A stretch of DNA of 64,000 nt from Octopus vulgaris (GCA_951406725.2 OX597819.1:8742001-8806000), one strand, 5' to 3'; shown: positions 40,902 to 55,126, numbered from the stretch's first letter. Notes: a model not told the origin generated them from the sequence alone. Program-made: numbers and translations.

Positions 40902-41094
40902 ATATTTTACTATAAAATTGGATTTAATCCTAAATCTGATTTTTTTTCCCTGTAAATTTGGATTTATTCCCTAATATTTATTATTATATATATATATATA
41001 TATATATAAAGTAAAAACACGTAATTCAAAAACACATTTTGTGTAGCTTATTTCGTAACAAAGACACGGGTACAGATTATAAACAATGAAAGAC

Positions 41095-41450
41095 CGATTT
41101 TGACGATTCATTTGACAGAAGTAGTAAAGAGTCAATCCGATGATAAATCTGACCTTGGATCTTGAAAGCTTGCATCAATCCTGGCTCAGTTAAATCTCTT
41201 GTGGCTCCAAATGATGTCATCTGTAGAGCAACACTGTATTGACTAATTTTGTTCTGGAAGCGCTTGGAATCTTAGTCAGTTGATGACAACAGTTTCTTCA
41301 ATGACTGTGGAGGTTGGGGGATTACTGGGAGTTTAACCTTTCCACCACTGCAGCACAGTGCAGGTGTCTCTCCAGGCCACTTCTTTGTTTTACAATGCAT
41401 GCACTCAGTTGTCATTGCACCAATGGAAACTCTAGTGTCGTCTGCATAAT
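41095..41450 (-). pseudogene. Helitron RepHel N-terminal remnant
   Basis: IGAMTTECMHCKTKKWPGETPALCCSGGKVKLP...PP..L...*...F..QMTSFGA...FKIQGQIYHRIDSLL; one in-frame stop. Confidence 0.85.
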
Positions 41451-41949
41451 GAACTGCCGGATCATAATTGAAAGCTGCTTCATAGAGGTTGCTTCTCTGA
41501 GCTGTTGCAACTGTTCTTCGTTCTGCAGTGGAGATCCTATTCCTAGTCAGCTGTGCATACCTCTGTTCATTTACTCGCTACAGAAAACACGTAGAGCTGA
41601 AATCGAGGAAAGCTAGCCAACAGGATTCTTTCTAAGAAGTTCGTTATTTCTATATTGAATCAATTTCGGAATAAATCTCATAATAGATTTTTTCCTCCAG
41701 TAGAAAATACAAAAAGAAATAAATGAAATACTTACATGCACCCATGGAAAAAAGCCGAGGCAAAAATCATGAGTATATATAAGAACCCCAGATATATCTA
41801 AATATAAAATCCTTTTGTCAGCCTCAGTACACGTGAACTGTTCTCCACTACAGCTTATAAGCTATAAGCTCTACTACAGCTTATAAGCGTCCCTGGAAAA
41901 TGATGAGTGATCTGGAAGACCTGCCACCAACGTCACCCCCGGAAATTCA

Positions 41950-42441
41950 GTATTGTGCATCAAGAATTCGTCCCCTACGACTCGACTGTCAATCGAAGAT
42001 ACTAGCTGCGACGTTTCGAAGTGTTTGAGGCAGGACATTCAGTGAAATCGGCCAGATCTGTGAAGCGCAAAAATTGGATTCTTCACGATGATAATGCTCC
42101 CTGTCATCGATCCCTCCTCGCCTAAAACAACATGGTAATAATACTTCTGCATCCGCCTTATTTGCCTGATTTAGAACCTGCGGATTTCCATCTCTTCCCC
42201 CAATATGAACCTACAGCTCAAAGATCGATGTTTTAACAGCATTTTCGAGATCCAGAGCGAATCGCAGAATCCTCAAAGTGCTTGCGGAAAGCGACTTCCA
42301 GGATGGGTTCCAAAAGTGGCAGGAACATGCTGTGTTGTTGCACAAGGTAGCTATTTCGAAGGAAATGATGTTAAACGTTAGGTAAATAAGTTATTTTTTA
42401 TTAACCATAACTAGTCTGGAAAGCTTTTGATACCACGTCAT
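41950..42441 (+). mobile_element. Mariner 3' fragment
   Basis: HQEFVP...HDDNAPCH...PPYLPDLEPADFHLF; TIR-like end cttttgataccacgtca|TA. Confidence 0.8.
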
Positions 42442-42490
42442 AGATATATATATATATACATAGATAGATAATTAGATAGATAGAGAGAGA

Positions 42491-42765
<275 letters not shown>

Positions 42766-42797
42766 CTGTGTATATGTGTGTGTTAAAGATATACATA

Positions 42798-42976
42798 TCT
42801 ACAACATATGTGGGAAATCCTGCCTGTGGGTGTGTTTGTGGAGTTGTTAGCTAATTCCTCCTACATTATTTCATAGGTTTTGATGAAACTTGGCACGTGA
42901 GTAGAACTCATGTCTGGAAACCTCTTGCCATACTCAGATTGTTGAAACAATCGATAATAGGGCCCCTGGAAGGGAT

Positions 42977-43010
<34 letters not shown>

Positions 43011-43678
43011 CATTTTAAACGCCAAGGGAAATAACCCATTCGCCTAGATTTTAGTAGGCGAGGGAAATAACCCAGTCATTTTCCTAAATCATTTGCTATA
43101 AATCAAATTAAGTATGCTTATTTCTTAGTATTTGAATTGTTAGAGTCATTTTCGCAATTTATCCAGTACAACCCTTAAACAAATAAATATTTTCTTAAAC
43201 AATAGATCTACTTATTTCGCTTAGTAACTTATTCACGAATGTACTCACACTAGCGCCGCTGAGGGTAATATTCTCTTTGAAGGTACAAAAGCTCTTTTTG
43301 AGAGTTATTTACTTTGAATTGTTATCTCATATCTGATTAACCTGTTATTATGTAACATGCTTCACGATTCTAGTGTACATACCTTATTAGTATTTCCTCC
43401 TAAGTTCTGTATACTCTGGGAAAGCATTAAAGCCCTTTTCAGTGTTACTTTATTTGAATTCTTACTATCGGTTAACTAATTTCATGTTATTACGTAGCTG
43501 ACTTCACAACTTGGGAATTCCTAAAAACAAGACAGTTCGGTATTCTCTGTAAATGCTCAAAATCCATTTTAAGGGTTACATACTTTGTATTGTTGTTATT
43601 GGATTAGCGAAACACTTATGAGAACGGAAACAAGGGATAAACCCCACTTTCCCGGATATTACCGAGTACCACAGCTAG
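42798..43678 (+). mobile_element. Probable non-autonomous Helitron
   Basis: TC start, gatgaaacttggcac motif shared with H2, 3' cccggatattaccgag hairpin plus CTAG|T. Confidence 0.6.
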
Positions 43679-43822
43679 TATCTACATACATATATACAAA
43701 CATAGATACATAATATATATGCACACATTTATACCGTGTATGCATATATAACCACATATTTATGAATGTATTTATTTATAATCTCTCACGCCCTATCTAT
43801 CAATCTATCAATATATACATAC

Positions 43823-43869
<47 letters not shown>

Positions 43870-43921
43870 AAGAGAGGGGCGATGGCTATCTCTCTCTCCC
43901 TCTCTCCCCCCTCTCTCTCTC

Positions 43922-43989
<68 letters not shown>

Positions 43990-43990
<1 letters not shown>

Positions 43991-44965
43991 TGGGTCTTCC
44001 GGAAAGTTTATGCCGATTTTTAAAGGAAAGAAAGAGGTCAATAAATACTTGCCATTACATTTTTAATCAACCAAATATGAACCATTTTGTTGCACAATGC
44101 GTCTCCATCTTTACTTAAGCTTGAAAATACTCTTTTCCTAGAATTGAGGTGGTTTCATGACAAAGAATTCATCAAGGTATCTTTTTACGTCATCCAAGGA
44201 ATTAAAATTTTTACCGTTAAGACTATGCTGCAGAGGCTTGAATAAGTGGAAATCCGAAGAAGCAATATTTGGTGAATACGGAGAGTGGGGTAACACATCC
44301 CAGCCGAGCTGCAGCAATTTTTGTCTGGTTCCCAAAGAAACGTGCGGTCTTACATTATCATGTTGGAATACAACATCCTTCCTGTCGGCCAATTCTGGAC
44401 GTTTCTCTTGAATTGCTGCTTTTAACTCGTCCAGTTGTATGCAGTATTTCTCAGAATTAATTGTCTAGTTACTTCGGAGAAGCTCAGAGTACAGAATTCC
44501 TTTCCAATCCCACCAGACACAAAGCAAGACATTTTTAGGGTGAAGAGCCACTTTTGCGGTGGCTAAGGGTGGCTCATGTTGTTTACTCCAGGATCGCTTT
44601 CTCTAGATAATCCATCACCTGTCACAATTTGCTTTAAAAAAGGTGCATTTTCATTCCGTTTATAAAGAGAATCACAGATGGAAATGCGATCCAAAAGGTT
44701 CTTCTCATTCAACTCATGTGGTACCCAAACATCGTAGCAATTTGTGTACCCAAGCTTTACCAGGTGCTCATGAACGACGGATGTTGATTGGTTGAGGCTT
44801 TCTGCCAATTCTTGGGTTATGCAATGTAGGTTATTCTCAATTAATGACTTGATTTGGTCATCATCTGTAGTGGATGGCCTGTCTGATCGCTCTTTATCAA
44901 AATGGCTACAATCTCCAGCTTTGAACCTTGCGAACCACTTACGTACTGTACTTTCGGATAAAGAA
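43990..44965 (-). mobile_element. Mariner transposase pseudogene with right TIR
   Basis: WVPHEL, IVTGD, HDNVRPH, PHSPYSPNIASSDFHLF (DD34D mariner); frameshifted. Confidence 0.92.
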
Positions 44966-46043
44966 ACAAATAATATATATGTATATATATAATATATATA
45001 TATTTAATAAATTTAATAAATTATGTGATTGGGTATTATCTGATAGTTGATCATTGATTAAGATGTGTTTCTCCATTTTCTTATTTTGTATATATATACA
45101 TATATATTTACGTGTGATATATATATACATTTACCTGTGTGTGTTGTATATATCTCTTATTATAAAAGGCAGATTTTATCTGCCTCCCTTTGGGAGTTAT
45201 AGAAATCTACAATATAGGATTTCTTCAATTACAATTTACCTAGCATTTTTAAGAGTACAATGCATCGCGTCATGCCAGGTCCAGTTTTTAAAATTTAAAC
45301 TCCAATTAAGCAAAATTTACAGAAAACTCACATTCTGGTGTGTGTGTCAAATGCTTTTCTTAGTCTGGTTTACACCACACGCAAACGCACACATACAGTG
45401 TGCAACGAATAAAGTGAAACTAGATGTAATATTTGTTTCTGTCTATGACGCTGATAGATACATGAGTAAAATGTATGGGAAGCTAACACATAAGAGTGAG
45501 TTAAAATGTTCTTGGAAGAGAGTAAATAGCGACAGAGAGTGATTTGAGGAGGACTTTACATTAAATAACCGTAGTGGCTTGTGTTAGTAATAAAGTAAAC
45601 ATACACTCATACATACATACATACATACATACATACATACATACATACATACATACATACATACATACATACACACACATACATACACACACACACACAT
45701 ACATACACACACACATACATACATACACACATACATACATACATACATATACATACATACACACACACACACATACACACACACACAGTATTGAAGCTTG
45801 AGAACAATCAGATACATTTGCAACACATCTGTTGAAAATATTATTGTTCACACACATACATATACATATATACATACAGACAGACAGACAGACAGACAGA
45901 CAGATAGACACACACACACACACACACACACATGATACAGCATGGCCACAACCTCAAGGCTGAAACATATAAAAGAATAACAGAATATAAATGTGTGCAT
46001 GTGTGTGTGAGAGAGAGTGTGTGTGTATATGTATGTATGTATG

Positions 46044-46078
<35 letters not shown>

Positions 46079-46089
46079 ATGCGGTTTTT

Positions 46090-46665
46090 TCAACAGCTTG
46101 AACTAAAAGTCAGAGGGGAATGGGATAAACCACTTATATTAACTTGCTATAAAAGCAGGTAGTAATTTTATCTTGTCTTTATTCATAGTGTAAGTTTTGA
46201 AGAGTGCATTTCGATTTTAACAGCTATTTTTTTCAAAGCTATATTGGAAGTAACAAAGGAGCATATTTGGCATATTTTGCTTTATGAGTTCAATAAAGAC
46301 AACAACGCAACAGAAAGTACAAGAAATATTAATGCAGTATATGGGGATTGGACAATAAGCGTAAGGCAGTGTCAATGGTGGTTCCAGAAATTCCGAGCCA
46401 TAAACTACAGCCTAGAAGACGAGCCTCATCCTGAAAGATCTGTAGAACTCGACAAGGACATCCTGAAAACCCTGGTGGAACAAAATCTCATCGTAACTGT
46501 TGAGGAACTAGCAGAGAAGCTTGGATTTGGTCATTCAACCATTCATTGAGACCTGTGTGCTATCGGAAAAGTCAGCAAATTGGGTCAATGGGTTCCTCAC
46601 GAACTTTCCGAGTCTAATTGCATGCAGAGAGTGAATGTATGCTTTTCTTTGCTGTCACATCTCAC
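46090..46665 (+). mobile_element. Mariner 5' half
   Basis: EVTKEHIWHILLYEF...WWFQKFR...LEDEPH...WVPHEL; ends next to a Helitron. Confidence 0.88.
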
Positions 46666-46684
46666 CACTACTGCGCTATGTATA

Positions 46685-47319
46685 TCTATATATATAAAAC
46701 TGTAGTTGTGTGAGTGTCTGTCCCCTTCGATTTAGATTCCTAACTACTCCCACATTTTGCGGTGCAGTTTAACCAAATTCGGGTAGCTTATAGTCGTGAT
46801 TCATATCGAGCCCGTCTGAGTATTAGCGCGCGTCTACGATGAGTCTACGATTTTAAAAATAATTTAACATAATTTTTTATTCCATTTTAATGCATAATTT
46901 TTCGTGTGTCGATGGCGGCGGAGTTGGCGTCCACGCTCACACCTGCACCTGTGGGAAAGGGAGTGTAAGGAAATCAACGTCGTAATGCGTTGTCAAGGAG
47001 ACCAGCGTTCTTTTAGAACAACGACTTCATGGCTTGAAGACACCAAAACAGAAATGGCTAAGAAAGCGTCTACATGAGTCTACGATTTAAAAAAAAATTA
47101 CCATCGTTTTTTTTCCATTTTAATGCATTTTTCGCTATTATATAAGGGAAGTAACTCTCTAAAAATGTCTACGATGAGTCAACGATTTAAAAAAAAATTT
47201 ACCATCATATTATTTCCATTTTTAATGCATTTTTGGCTATTTTTTGGCTATAACTCTCTAAAAATGCTTATATAGTTATTTCCCTTACAAACCCGAGCAA
47301 CGCCGGGCGATACTGCTAG
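46685..47319 (+). mobile_element. Helitron H1, long variant with internal tandem subrepeats and an extra segment
   Basis: TC...CTAG|T; gagtc.acgattt unit three times; extra GC-richer segment 46900-47065. Confidence 0.88.
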
Positions 47320-47391
<72 letters not shown>

Positions 47392-47614
47392 CATATATAT
47401 ATACATGTGTGTATATATTCACACTTGTTTGCATATATCTACACACACACACATACGCACATACACTCACACACACACACACACATACACATACTCAGAC
47501 ACACCCGCGTACCCGGGTACGTACAAAGGTGAATGTAAGTAGTAACGTTTGATATTGTGGCATTGCTTTTGACTAATGATGCACTTACTGTTTATTGTTA
47601 TTGCTTTTAAAAAT

Positions 47615-48545
47615 TATGATGATGACAGTAGTGGTGGTGGTGGTTGTGGTGGTGGTGGTTGTGGTGGTGGTGGTTGTGGTGGTGGTAGTAGTAGTAACAG
47701 CGTTGATGACGATGAAGATTTGATGCTGAAATTGATGATGATGAGAGTTGTGGTGATAGCGATGGAGATGATAATCGATTTAGTGGTGGTGGTTGTTGTT
47801 GTTGTGGTGGTGGTGGTGTTGTTGGGGGTGGTTCTGGTGGTGTTGCTGGTGTTGGTGGTGGTGGTGGTGGTTCTGGTGGTGGTGCTGGTGCTGGTGGCGG
47901 CGGTGGTGGTGGTGGTGGTGGTTCTGGTGGTGGTGGTGGTGGTGGTGCTGGTGGCGGCGGTGGTGGTGCTGGTGGTGGTGGTGGTGGTGGTGGTAGTGGT
48001 GGTGGTGGTGGTGGTAGTAGTGGTGTTGGTGTTGGTGGTGGTGGTGGTGGTGGTGGTGTTGGTGTTGGTGTTGATGGTGGTCGTGGTGGTGGTGGTGGTG
48101 CTGGTGCTGGTGGTGGTGGTGGTGGTGGAACTGATGTTAGTAATGGGTGTGGCCAGCGTGAGGGTGTTGCTGCTGTTGTGACAACTTATTGATAATGATT
48201 ATATTACTTAATTCTGATACAGGTGATGATGAGAATGGTAATTAATATGATGATAGAGGGAATGATGGAGTTGAGCAACAGAACGAGGAGGAGGAGGAGG
48301 AGGAGGAGAAGAATGTCGCAGATGACTGCATTGACGGTAATGATGATGATGAGGATAACAATGATGCTGGCGATGACGATAACTATAATGAAAATGATGT
48401 GGTCGTACGGGCGAGAGTGGTATAGTGGTGATGATGGTTGTGATTCTGAGGCTATGATGGCAGTAATACATGCAGGCTGTAGAGACTCTTTCATTCTAGG
48501 CATTAGAATAAACGCTGGTGTTGCTGGTGGTGATGTTCGAGGCAA
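47615..48545. repeat. (GGT)n/(GAT)n low-complexity tract
   Basis: Direct reading. Confidence 0.95.
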
Positions 48546-48739
48546 TTAAAAGAATAATAAATGAATAATGAAAATACTGCGAAAATTCAGGTGTACATAG
48601 GCATACGAGTGCGTTGTGTGTATTTCCGAGTATGTGTGTGTATGTGTCGATGATACATATATATCGATGATACATACACAGACACTGTGTGTGTACGTAT
48701 ATATATATATATTGTGTGTGTGTATGTGTAGGAAACATA

Positions 48740-49810
48740 GAAGTTGAAAATGCATTGAGAATAGTTAAAATATTTTTTATTAATATATTTTAAGCTTTAA
48801 CCGGTTTCACAGTTTACACTGATTTTCAAAAAGTTCAAATAGAAAGACGTGGCTTATGCCGCAGCTGTATTGCTTCTGACTAGTGTTTGAAGTTTGCTCT
48901 GTTTTTATAGGGAGTTCATGGCTCAAACTAGTATAAGTTTTGAACAGGATTCGATTGGCAGAGAATAGTCACATGACTGGTCTTAGAAATCTTTGTAGGT
49001 TCCCCGCTACGTCCGTGTTTTAGTATCAAGTGACAAAGTTTGGTGTCGTAAGTTAAGGCTGACACGGTTGACTGAACAAGTCCAAACAATCAATGCTCTG
49101 GATGTTTTCCGTCAAGTGTTTGTAGAGAATGAACAGATGATTAAGTTTACAATCTTTTGTACGTTTCCTGCTCCGTCCGTGCGTTAGTGTCACGTGACAG
49201 TATATTTTGCGCCTAAAAAGAAGACCGACACGGTTGAGTGAACATCTTTACTTATAATCAAAGCACTCCTAATTTAATCTGCCTGGTGGGAGAGTGGACA
49301 GTAGTCGTTTGTGTGTAGTCTAATGGTTAAAATTTAGGTTGTTAGCTGTGTAGCTTCTTCATGGTAAGTGGCAGAAAGAATTTGTGTATGTACTCTGTCA
49401 AAGTTTCTTAATTCTTGGCTTGTACTTTTTGATGAAAGTATTTTCTTTGTTTATCCTTGCTTCATCTGCGGTATTCGCTGAACATGGGTAGAGTGGGAAG
49501 ACCTGGAATTTAGGTGACTTATTTTTTGCATATATAGCAATATGACCACTCAGTGGAATCTGTCTAGTAGTGGGGTCTCGTATTTGTTGTCTGTAAATGG
49601 TCAGTCTATTTCTCAGAGTAAGCTTTGTTTGACTTATGTCATTATCTCCTGGACATTTAGTAGCGTATATCAAATTACTTGAAGAACATGTAAAGTTATT
49701 TTTTTACGGTAAACGTCTGTCCTGATTTTAATTTATAAGGTTGATGCAGGTCCGCAATTGGGGCGGCCAGATTTTTTGACTGTTGGTGTAGGAATCCTGT
49801 GGTTTTATGT
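48740..49810 (-). mobile_element. Degenerate PLE 3' portion (GIY-YIG remnant plus pLTR)
   Basis: IYATKCPG...ISQTK..LRNRLTIYRQQI..IPLSGHI..KENTFIKKYKP, homologous to the 28-kb ORF; HHR downstream. Confidence 0.85.
48795..48833 (-). ncRNA. Minimal hammerhead, U3-A8 variant
   Basis: CTTT-TTGAAAA-tCAGT(gtaa)ACTGt-GAAA-CCGG-TT-AAAG. Confidence 0.75.
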
Positions 49811-49992
49811 TGTGTATGATAAATAAATAAACTGAGCCATTTAAACATGCCACCTCTCTATATTAGAAAGAGACCTTAAACATTGCAATGGAATTAAATG
49901 GTTTTATGTCTTCGACTTCGCAGATCGGAAAAGCTTTTAGAATATGCAAGACTTATATAAGTTTTCCGTTAATTCGAGTCCTTTCTCATGCA

Positions 49993-50200
49993 GTGAGCTG
50001 GAAGAATCGTTAGCACGCCGGGTAAAATGCTTAGCGGCATTTCGTCCGTCTTTACGTTCTGTGTTCAAATTCCGCCGAGATTAACTTTGCCTTTTATCCT
50101 TTCGGTGTCGATAAAATAAGTACCAGTTGAGCACTAGGATTAATGTAATCGACTACATCCTCCCCTCGAACTTACTGACCATGTACCAAAATTTGAAACC
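49993..50200 (+). mobile_element. SINE family B
   Basis: gagctggaagaatcgttagc...gttcaaattccgccgag...gtcgataaaataagtaccag. Confidence 0.8.
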
Positions 50201-50323
50201 AATTCAAATCCTTTTCCAATCTACATTATTCTCAGGATATCTTATTTGTTGTCTTTATTAAATGCAACCATATTCTTTTGACAGGTATTCTCTTTCTTTT
50301 CACTGGTGACACAGTAATACTAT

Positions 50324-50709
50324 GGAATGGGAGCACTCCGTCGGTTACGATGATGAGGGTTCCGGTTGATCCGATCAACGGAACAGCCTGCTCGTGAAAT
50401 TAACGTGTAAGTGGCTGAGCACTCCAAAGACACGTGTACCCTCAACGTAGTTCTCGGGGATATTCGGCGTGACACAGAGAGTGACAAGGCCGGCCCTTTG
50501 AAATACAGGTACAACAGAAACAGGAAGTAAGAGTGAGAGAAAGTTGTGGTGAAAGAGTACAGCAGTGATCACCACCATCCCCTGTCGGAGCCTCGTGGAG
50601 CTTTTAGGTGTTTTCGCTCAATAAACACTCACAACGCCCGGTCTGGGAATCGAAACCGCGATCCTACGACCGCGAGACCGCTGCCCTAACCACTGGGCCA
50701 TTGCGCCTC
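50324..50709 (-). mobile_element. SINE family C, tail type 2, TSD cagtaatactat
   Basis: Same head as 38291; TSD at 50312-50323 and 50710-50721. Confidence 0.9.
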
Positions 50710-51560
50710 CAGTAATACTATATAGGTATCTTTAATGATAATCATAGTATATTCTACGGAATTACAAATGCTTTCTATTCTATACTCGGCTTCTTGTACC
50801 GAATATACACAATAAGAATAGCAGATTGTGTTAGATTTTTGAGCCGTATTTCCTGTGTCAGAAGCAATAGAGTATACGAATATATCGAGAAGAGAAATAT
50901 AAGGTTAGGCTAACTACAAAGGATATTCTTTAAAAGAACTCCAGAAATCAAGAACACCTATGGACTATAAAAACTTACATAATCGCTACATAGTCGTAAT
51001 TCAGAGTAGTACATTAATATATAACACGTTATTTCTGTTATTTCACATTTGTTGATCCTTTGCAGGAAGTCCTTTAAAAGTCTTAAAAAGACAAAAAAGT
51101 TGAACTCTTTGTTGTTTTGGTTCTTGGTTACACTATTGATTCTATTTTGTTTCCATTATAATTTTTACATTATTTCTTATTATTGGATTTTTCGCAATCA
51201 TTTTCTTTTTGTTCGAAGGAACAAACAGAATAATCAACTTTAACAGCAATTTCGATTTCAAAACCAATAACCATGACAATAAATAGCAAATAAAACATGA
51301 CAACAGTTGCAGTAGTATTAGCACTAACTTTGCTGTCGTAGTAGTAATGTTAACACAGTGCAACAAGCTATTTAAAAAAAAATATACTGTGAGCAAAAGA
51401 TATAATCTCAGTAACTAATATTATTTCAACCATTTTGGCGAGTTCGGTGGACAACACCAGACATGTTTCGGTATTACTAGATTTTTTCAGTGAAATGTAG
51501 ACTCCATTATACTTGCTGAAGGAGTAATGGGAAAATTACTAAGTATATATGCAATAATGT

Positions 51561-52262
51561 ATAAGGCGCATTCCAGAAGTTTTAGAACTTTTTCAGGAGA
51601 GACATTTATTAATTTCAAAGAAGTACAAGACTCTAAGCTCCTTCAAATTTGGGTCCTCCGACTTCAATGCACTTGTTGCAACGCTCCAGTCACTTCGTGA
51701 AGGCCTCATGAAATCCTCCAAAGTGAAGGTGTCCAAGGTTCTTTTCATAGCCTCCTCTATCTTCTCAATGTCTTCAAAGCGACTTTCCTTGCGATTCCCC
51801 TTCAGCTTAGGGACTGTAGCTGAGGGTGGGGGACAGTTTCACTGTCCATCTCTGGCACGTTACCAAGATGCCTTTGCTGTCGTAAAAGGAGATCATCATG
51901 AGATTTGCCTGGCCTCTTGTGCCAACAAAAAAACAGATGATCGGCTCCTACAAGTTAATACCTTAGTTATCAAGAGCATAGCGTTTTTGCCCAGTTTAAC
52001 ACAAACCTTTATTGCATAGCGAGCTTCCAAACTGTCTTCAACTCCTGACTGCGTTCTGCAAACTAGTCAGTCATGACAAGTAGTGTTTCAGGAGGGTGTG
52101 CCCAAAGTTCTGTTACAGCTGTCTCCTTCAATCAGGAATTATAAAAGTTGACATGTCAGTTTATTAGATCTATAGTAACGATTTATTAAATTTACAATTA
52201 GCTCGGACAGTCATAAATGTCTGTCCGAAAAAAGTTTGAATATTTCCAGAATGCACCTCATA
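51561..52262 (-). mobile_element. Internally deleted mariner (MITE-like)
   Basis: Diverged TIRs taaggcgcattccagaagt / atttccagaatgcacctcata; transposase C-terminal remnant on the minus strand. Confidence 0.75.
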
Positions 52263-52294
52263 CATGAGTCGGGTGAAAATTAGTATATCTCTCT

Positions 52295-52508
52295 CTCTTT
52301 TACTCTTTTACTTGTTTCAGTCATTTAACTGCGGCCATGCTGGAGCACCGCCTTTAGTCGTGCAAATCGACCCCGGGACTTATTCTTTGTAAGCCCAGTA
52401 CTTATTCTATCGCTCTGTTTTTGCCAAACCGCTAAGTGACGGGGACATAAACACACCAGCATCGGTTGTCAAGCAATGCTAGGGGGACAGACACAGACAC
52501 ACAAACAT

Positions 52509-52605
<97 letters not shown>

Positions 52606-52770
52606 TACGACGGGCTTCTTTCAGTTTCCGTCTACCAAATCCACTCACAAGGCTTCGTTCGGCCCGAGGCTATAGTAGAAGACACTTGCCCAAGATGCCA
52701 CGCAGTGGGACTGAACCCGGAACCATGTGGTTGGTAGGCAAGCTACTTACCACACAGCCACTCCTGCGCC
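52295..52770 (-). mobile_element. SINE family A
   Basis: Full-length reverse-complement match. Confidence 0.9.
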
Positions 52771-53043
52771 TATGTAAATATTTAAATTCCAGAGGAGCTT
52801 CGAATCCGACAGCTAGCGTATTTTACCCTTTCCCTGTCTAAAGTATTTTCATAACATTGTTCTAAACACCCGTACTTTATTTTTCTAACTTTTAGTTAAC
52901 CTTTGTTTCATACGTTTTAAGTGATATAAAACTTTTCTGACCGAGGACAACTCAAGTTAATCTGATGATTGAAAAAAAATTGAAAAAAGCTGGGAATGTG
53001 TATCATATATGATGTATGGACGCCAAAGAACTATGTCCTGTGT

Positions 53044-53429
53044 GGATGGATGGAAGCACTCCGTCGGTTACGACGACGAGGGTTCCGGTTGATCCGATCA
53101 ACGGAACAGCCTGCTCGTAAAATTAACGTGTAAGTGACTGAGCACTCCACAGACACGTGCACCCTTAACGTAGTTCTCGGGGATATTCAGCGTGACACAG
53201 AGAGTGACATGGCCGGCCCTTTGAAATACAGGTACAACAGAAACAGGAAGTAAGAGTGAAAGTTGTGGTGAAAGAGTACAGCAGGGATCACCACCATCCC
53301 CTGCCGGAGCCTCGTGGACCTTTAGGTGTTTTCGCTCAATAAACACTCACAACGCCCGGTCTGGGAATCGAAACCGCGATCCTACGACCGCGAGTCCGCT
53401 GCTCTAACCACTGGGCCATTGCGCCTCCT
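53044..53429 (-). mobile_element. SINE family C, tail type 2
   Basis: TSD ctatgtc(c/a)tgtgt; (TCCA)n tail. Confidence 0.9.
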
Positions 53430-53712
53430 CTATGTCATGTGTATCATATATGATACAGACAACAGGTAAAAGGTTAATGCAGTGAGCATCTGAAAGCTAA
53501 TAAAAAATAATCATGTGACGAAAAAAAGTCAATATTTGTTCAATAACTGATATTATTTTAATTTCCATAAGTACATGTAACAACCCTGAATGATTTGATG
53601 TATGAATATCGTAGCGAAACATTGATCTTCTAAATCACCGTCAAATTACAGTCTAGTGTTGTAGTTGTTGTTGTTGTTGTTTTATATAAATACACATATT
53701 TATACACATATA

Positions 53713-54128
53713 TAGGCGCAGGAGTGGCTGTGTGGTAAGTAGCTTGCTAACCAACCACATGGTTCCGGGTTCAGTCCCACTGCGTGGCATCTTGGGCAAG
53801 TGTCTTCTGCTATAACCCCGGGTGGACCAATGCCTTGTGAGTGGATTTGGTAGACGGAAACTGAAAGAAGCCCGTCGTATATATGTATGTATATATATAT
53901 ATGTGTGTGTGTGTATGTTTGCGTGTCTGTGTTTGTCCCCCTAGCATTGCTTGACAACCGATGCTGGTGTGTTTACGTCCCCGTCACTTAGCGATTCGGC
54001 AAAAGAGACCGATAGAATAAGTACTGAGCTTACAAAGAATAAGTCCCGGGGTCGATTTGCTCGACTAAAGGCGGTGCTCCAGCATGGCCGCAGTCAAATG
54101 ACTGAAACAAGTAAAAGAGTAAAAGAGT
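53713..54128 (+). mobile_element. SINE family A
   Basis: Full-length match. Confidence 0.9.
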
Positions 54129-55063
54129 ACATGATAATGTAATCCAAGATAAATTAAGAAAAAGACAGGATAGCCACGGCTGGATCACCATTGATCGTAG
54201 GTTTATTCAATCAAGGATGACTTACAAGTAAAAAGTAACAGTAAGAATAAAAACTACAACAATGTCATACAAAAGAAAGCTAACTTATATCGTCACATTA
54301 TCACTTACATGGAGTTTGTTCCTTTTTCTTTTTACATCCATAACATGCTCCAGCTTTTAACGCCGCCGGGGTGTAAAAGGATTAACTCTTCCTTCGCTTC
54401 TCCCTCTTGCTCTTTGCCATCGCCACCACCAACACTGCCACCACCACAACTACTTTCAAAGCCTCCACCAACATCACCACTTTTCGCCACCGTCCGTCCC
54501 TTTCCTCCACTTTTCTAAACGCCTTCCGCTCCGCCCTTGCCGACTGCTCTCCGCCTTATATTAATTATACAGTATCTATTATCCTCAATTCTGTATTAGC
54601 GCAACCGATCACACCGCGCCACACCATACCCCACCAAACTACCCACTCATACCAAACACCCATACAACAACATTACTTAAACCACTCAACTAGATATTTA
54701 TTCCTCGAAGTCACATTTTTTTTTTATATAAGTTTTTACATTTGTTAGCTGCTTTTATCACTTTGTGTTTGTTTAAGTCTTTGAAAGATCATCCATTGTT
54801 TTGTTGAAAAGAAATTTCGTCGCTACACTCCCTTTTCCTTTCGAGTGCCACTTGCTCCCAACAGGGAGCACTTCCTCCGCTCCCGACTTAACAGCGAAGT
54901 AACAACAACGTAAGCCACCATAGAATATCAGTGACAATTAACCGACAAAACACTTCATATGGTAGGGAAAGGGGCCAAACTTGATCCCGAGAAGAAGAGC
55001 GGAGAGGAAGAGGCATAAGAGAGGAGAAGTAGTAGAAGAAATAAATGAAGAAAGCTAATAATG

Positions 55064-55125
<62 letters not shown>

Positions 55126-55126
55126 C

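Noticed and set aside
47576-48549. Poly-Val/Gly/Met ORFs
   Set aside because: Trinucleotide low-complexity tract.
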